The notes below the pieces were generated by a model. That model was not told the DNA's origin. It worked only from the letters and a program-made list of their open reading frames with translations, and searched no databases. 10,137 nucleotides of DNA, taken from the NCBI GenBank assembly GCA_046758365.1, contig JBHIAC010000123.1:1-10137 (forward strand). The letters run 5' to 3'. Origin of the DNA: a bacterium. Lineage in GTDB: Bacteria > Zhuqueibacterota > Zhuqueibacteria > Oceanimicrobiales > Oceanimicrobiaceae. Positions 6,168 through 10,137 of this stretch are shown here, piece after piece (the first letter of the stretch is position 1; every line of letters starts with the position of its first letter). The translations under genes and the position numbers were made by a program.

Positions 6168-6644
6168 ATGAATGGAGAACAAATCTGCCATAGGCTTGAT
6201 AAATTGAGGATTAATGGCGCAACTTTAGAGGAGCTGTTGTACAGCGCAGTAGAGTACTTGCATAACTCAAATTCACACTTTCATTGGACCGGGATCTATG
6301 AACTCTTTCCCGATAATGTCTTACGCTTGGGACCATTTATTGGTGCGCCTACTGATCATGTCTTCATTACAGTTGGACAGGGGGTCTGTGGCAGCGCAGT
6401 CGCGGAAAGATGCAACAAAAATATCCCGGATGTCTCTGAGGAGCCTAATTATCTAGCCTGTTCGAGTGCAACCAAATCTGAACTTGTGGTATTAATCCGC
6501 CAAGGTGATACCATCTTTGCACAGATCGATATTGACAGTCATGATTATGATGCATTTGACTCTGAGAGTGTAAAACAAGTTGAGAAGGTCGCCGACTGGT
6601 TGGCCAAAGCGTATGTGAGGCTGCAAAAATCCAGGATGCCTTGA
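6168..6644 (+). CDS. Stand-alone GAF protein, free methionine-R-sulfoxide reductase (fRMsr/MsrC/YebR)-like
   Basis: WTGIY, LGPFIG, GQGVCG, YLAC, SELVV and QIDIDS motifs match the fRMsr subfamily. GGGAG lies upstream of the ATG. Confidence 0.82.
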   Translation: MNGEQICHRLDKLRINGATLEELLYSAVEYLHNSNSHFHWTGIYELFPDNVLRLGPFIGAPTDHVFITVGQGVCGSAVAERCNKNIPDVSEEPNYLACSSATKSELVVLIRQGDTIFAQIDIDSHDYDAFDSESVKQVEKVADWLAKAYVRLQKSRMP

Positions 6645-6688
6645 GACCGTGACACAAAAGCTTATCTTCAAAGTTGGGATAGAGAGAC

Positions 6689-9600
6689 ATGGTAAGTAAC
6701 CCAGATGTAGATGTTGATACGCTCCGGCACAGAGTAAAAGAATTAGAGCGCTGGTTTCGAATCCACGATGGTCAAATTCGAACATTGGAGCGGGAACGTC
6801 AAAAATTTTCGGCTGTAGTCAATTACACAGATGCCGGCTTTTTAGTGTTCGATTCATCCTTGCAAGTGGTCTGGGCCAATGAAGTTTTTAGTAAGCGCTT
6901 CGTCAGCGCGGCTTACGCTAGAGCCCTGGTGGGGCTAAAGTGCAATCAGCTATTGTGTGGACATAAGGATATTTGCGATAGGTGCCCAAGTGCTCAGGCC
7001 CTCACTTCAGGAGTTGTGGCTCACCTTGAGATTCGTTTGGAAATTGACCGCAGGCCACGCCATATTTACGCCACTGCCATGCCAATTCGTTCTCCAGAAG
7101 GGAACATCGATGAAACGATCATCATGCTGCAGGATATTACCGATCTACAAATCTTGCGCCAGTCCCAGGAGGAACTCAGATCCAGCGAGGAGCGTTTCCG
7201 TTCGATTTTTGAGAAAGCCGCGGCCGGCATGGCCTCTATATCCGTTGATGGAAGGCTACAAAAAGTTAACCCGGCGTTTTGTAAATTACTTGGATATACT
7301 GAAGCTGAGTTGTTGAAACGGAAAGTTTCCGACATTACACATCCGGATGATTTAGAGAAATCCCATGGCTTATTTAATGAAATTGTCACCCGTCGCCGTC
7401 AGGTCATAGAACTTGAAAAACGGTATATTCGTCATGATGGCCAGACAGTTTGGGGTTATACAACGGAAGCTTGGATTTTTGATTCAAATCGGAAACCCAC
7501 GTACGCGGTGGTTTTGGTACAGGATATCACCGAGCGCAAACGGGCGGAAAAGGCGCTGAAGGAAAGTGAGATAAAATATCGTTCATTGTTCAATCAGATA
7601 GCTGATCCGATTTTCATCTTCGACAAAAAAACAAAACGCTTTCTTGATTGCAATAAATCTGTTCAACGGATCTACGGTTATTCTATGAATGAATTGAAAA
7701 CTATGACCCCTCTCGATCTTCATCCACCACAGGAGATAACCAAAGTAAAGTATAATCTGAATATAAGAAATTTCAATAAACCTTACACCTATACTCATCT
7801 GACTAAAAGCGGAAGACGGCGGGAGGTGGAAATCCTATCTGATGAGATTGAGTACCAGGGTCGTCCTGCCTGGATCAGCATTGTGCGGGACATTACTGCA
7901 CGCAAGCGCGCTGAAGAAGAAATGAGGAAAGCTAAAGAAGCAGCCGAAGCCGCCCATCGTGAACTCATTAACGCAAACCAGCATCTTAAGCATGCGAATC
8001 TATTGGCAAATGAAATGGCTAAAAAAGCAGAGATGGCGAATGTTGCTAAGAGCGAGTTTCTTGCCAACATGAGCCATGAGATTCGTACCCCGCTAAATGC
8101 CATCATTGGTATGACTGAATTAGCTCTGGATACAGAATTGACTTCTGAACAACGTAAATATTTGAAAGTGGTTGAATCTTCATCTGAAGCGCTGCTTAGT
8201 CTGCTAAATGATATTTTGGACTTTTCAAAGATTGAGGCAGGTCAGTTGGAGCTTGAGAAAATTGCTTTTGATCTTAGAAAGCTTGTAGAAGAGGTAATTG
8301 ATATTTTGGGTATGCGCGCTCTTGATAAAGGGCTTGAGTTAATCTGCTTTGTTGATCCTGTTTTACCCCGTTGTGTTAAAGCCGACCCCACGCGTTTACG
8401 TCAGATACTGGTTAATCTGGCAAACAATGCTATCAAATTTACACAGGATGGAGAGGTAGCCCTGAAGGTTCAGCCGAGTAAACAAGCTGGGCAAAGCAGT
8501 GGTAATGAAAAAATAATTAGTCTTCATTTTATGGTCTCTGATACTGGAATTGGGATATCAAAACAAAAACAAAAAAAGATATTCGAAAAATTTTCCCAGG
8601 CTGATACCTCTACTACGCGTGAGTTTGGGGGCACTGGTCTTGGATTAAGTATTTCGAAATCTTTGACAGAAATGATGGGGGGACAGATGTGGGTGGAAAG
8701 TGAGGAAGGCCAAGGCACCACCTTCCATTTTAATTTAAATTTACCAATTGGTGAAGAAGAGAAAACGAGCAAATCAAAGTTTGTATACCCGGATTTTAAG
8801 GAAATTTCCGCTTTAGTGGTGGATGACAATAAAACCAATCGATTTATTTTACAGAAGACGCTCTCTGCTTGGGAATTTCAGGCAGAGGCGGTGGGTAGTG
8901 GTCTCGAGGCTTTAACCCTTTTGAGAGAGGGTAAGAAGGATTTCGATGTAATAATATTAGATTATCAGATGCCAGAAATGGATGGGGTTGAGGTAGCTCG
9001 CGTGATCAGGAATGACCTTAAATTTAAAGATCTTAAAATTATTATGCTTTCATCTTGGGGTGGTCTTGAAGCTGAGTTAATTCATGAATTGAAAATAGAC
9101 AAAACTATTACGAAGCCGGTGAAACAATCAAAACTTTTTGATGTTTTGATGGAGGTACTGCGATACCAGCGTGAAGAGGCTTATCTTGGGGTGGAAAGGC
9201 AGGCAGAGGATCGAAGGGATAGAGTCGTTAAGCGAATATTACTAGTAGAGGACAACTTGGACAATCAGAATTTGGCCAAGAAGATGTTAGAGAAAGCCGG
9301 ATATCGGGTTGATATATCTGACAATGGCCAAATGGCGTTGGAGGCTGCTCATAAATTCCAATATGATTTAATATTGATGGATATTCAGATGCCGGTGATG
9401 GATGGCTTTGAGGCAACTAAACAAATCCGGTCTTGGGAAAGAGAGCAGAAGAGGAAACGGGTACCCATTATTGCCCTCACGGCCCATGCAATTATCGGGT
9501 ATCGAGAGAAGTGTATGGAGCAGGACATGGATGCTTATATTACCAAACCACTGAAGAAGAAGATTCTTTTAGAGACAGTTGAGAAATGGATAGACCCCCG

Positions 9601-10036
9601 TCCGACCATCTTAGTGGTAGATGATTCGGTCGATAATAGGAATTTGATTAAATTTCATCTTAAAAATGCAGGAAGTTACCAACTAGTATTTGCTCAGAAT
9701 GGTCAAGAAGCGGTGGATAGGTATAAGAGACAAACGATTTCTTTGATCTTAATGGATATGGAGATGCCCTTGGTGGATGGGTATACCGCCACCAAGGCTA
9801 TTCGTAATCTTGAGAATGGCGTTGAGGTTCCCATCATCGCGATGACGGCGCATCAAGGTAAGAGAGAGGTAATAAAGTGTCTGGAGGTTGGCTGTACGAC
9901 TTATCTTTCTAAGCCCATCAGGAAGCGGAAGCTTCTTGAATTTATCTTCCAATATTTGGAAAATAATGAAACTTCTTTGGAAGTGACAAACCGACACGAA
10001 TTTGAAATCAAAAATATGGCCAGATGTGAAAGTTAA
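6689..10036 (+). CDS. Cytoplasmic hybrid sensor histidine kinase: 3 PAS, HisKA, HATPase_c, 3 REC
   Basis: PAS/PAC units end in QDITD, QDITERK and RDITARK. H-box FLANMSHEIRTPLN (His463), N-box NLANNAIKFT, G1 DTGIG, F-box FEKFSQAD and G2 GGTGLGL are present. Three receivers start near aa 708, 849 and 973. No evident transmembrane segment or Hpt domain. Confidence 0.95.
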   Translation: MVSNPDVDVDTLRHRVKELERWFRIHDGQIRTLERERQKFSAVVNYTDAGFLVFDSSLQVVWANEVFSKRFVSAAYARALVGLKCNQLLCGHKDICDRCPSAQALTSGVVAHLEIRLEIDRRPRHIYATAMPIRSPEGNIDETIIMLQDITDLQILRQSQEELRSSEERFRSIFEKAAAGMASISVDGRLQKVNPAFCKLLGYTEAELLKRKVSDITHPDDLEKSHGLFNEIVTRRRQVIELEKRYIRHDGQTVWGYTTEAWIFDSNRKPTYAVVLVQDITERKRAEKALKESEIKYRSLFNQIADPIFIFDKKTKRFLDCNKSVQRIYGYSMNELKTMTPLDLHPPQEITKVKYNLNIRNFNKPYTYTHLTKSGRRREVEILSDEIEYQGRPAWISIVRDITARKRAEEEMRKAKEAAEAAHRELINANQHLKHANLLANEMAKKAEMANVAKSEFLANMSHEIRTPLNAIIGMTELALDTELTSEQRKYLKVVESSSEALLSLLNDILDFSKIEAGQLELEKIAFDLRKLVEEVIDILGMRALDKGLELICFVDPVLPRCVKADPTRLRQILVNLANNAIKFTQDGEVALKVQPSKQAGQSSGNEKIISLHFMVSDTGIGISKQKQKKIFEKFSQADTSTTREFGGTGLGLSISKSLTEMMGGQMWVESEEGQGTTFHFNLNLPIGEEEKTSKSKFVYPDFKEISALVVDDNKTNRFILQKTLSAWEFQAEAVGSGLEALTLLREGKKDFDVIILDYQMPEMDGVEVARVIRNDLKFKDLKIIMLSSWGGLEAELIHELKIDKTITKPVKQSKLFDVLMEVLRYQREEAYLGVERQAEDRRDRVVKRILLVEDNLDNQNLAKKMLEKAGYRVDISDNGQMALEAAHKFQYDLILMDIQMPVMDGFEATKQIRSWEREQKRKRVPIIALTAHAIIGYREKCMEQDMDAYITKPLKKKILLETVEKWIDPRPTILVVDDSVDNRNLIKFHLKNAGSYQLVFAQNGQEAVDRYKRQTISLILMDMEMPLVDGYTATKAIRNLENGVEVPIIAMTAHQGKREVIKCLEVGCTTYLSKPIRKRKLLEFIFQYLENNETSLEVTNRHEFEIKNMARCES

Positions 10037-10137
10037 GCGGCTGAAGTATATGACGGCGGTGGGGGATTATAGTATCTTACGAATTTCATTGAAAAATCAA
10101 AATCGTTTTAGTCATTTGGTCATTGAAACTTTGAATT

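Noticed and set aside
4913..9997. Short ORFs 4913-5140, 5310-5561, 6445-6690, 6492-6785, 6957-7316, 7066-7389, 7583-7798, 7795-8106, 8524-8838, 9228-9416 and 9749-9997
   Set aside because: All overlap well-supported longer genes in antisense or alternate frames and show no recognisable domains.
10037..10137. Terminator after the kinase; TCATTGAAA repeated at 10086 and 10120
   Set aside because: No GC-rich stem with a U-tract, and the 9-bp repeat is too short and AT-rich to interpret.

Overview
Bacterial chromosomal window in three parts. (1) 1-~860 is an AT-rich accessory segment on the minus strand. It holds a restriction-modification controller (C) protein with a clear double C-box operator and an overlapping ORF (<1..361) missing from the ORF track, probably a Type II restriction endonuclease. 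A 141-bp MITE-like element with terminal inverted repeats follows. (2) ~960-4114 has a truncated, ~90% identical copy of the 5' end of an inositol monophosphatase gene, then a DUF4258/YgiT-zinc-finger putative toxin-antitoxin pair, the intact suhB-family gene and an AI-2E family transporter. (3) 4458-10036 is a signalling cluster: stand-alone Hpt, REC-PP2C (SpoIIE/RsbU-type) phosphatase, fRMsr/MsrC-like GAF protein and a 1115-aa hybrid kinase (3 PAS, HisKA, HATPase, 3 REC). All protein families look like known ones, so I cannot claim a new system. The unusual points are the arrangements: a TA pair bracketed by diverged suhB 5' repeats, and a candidate redox-sensing phosphorelay. All calls are by-eye motif recognition; no database search was run.
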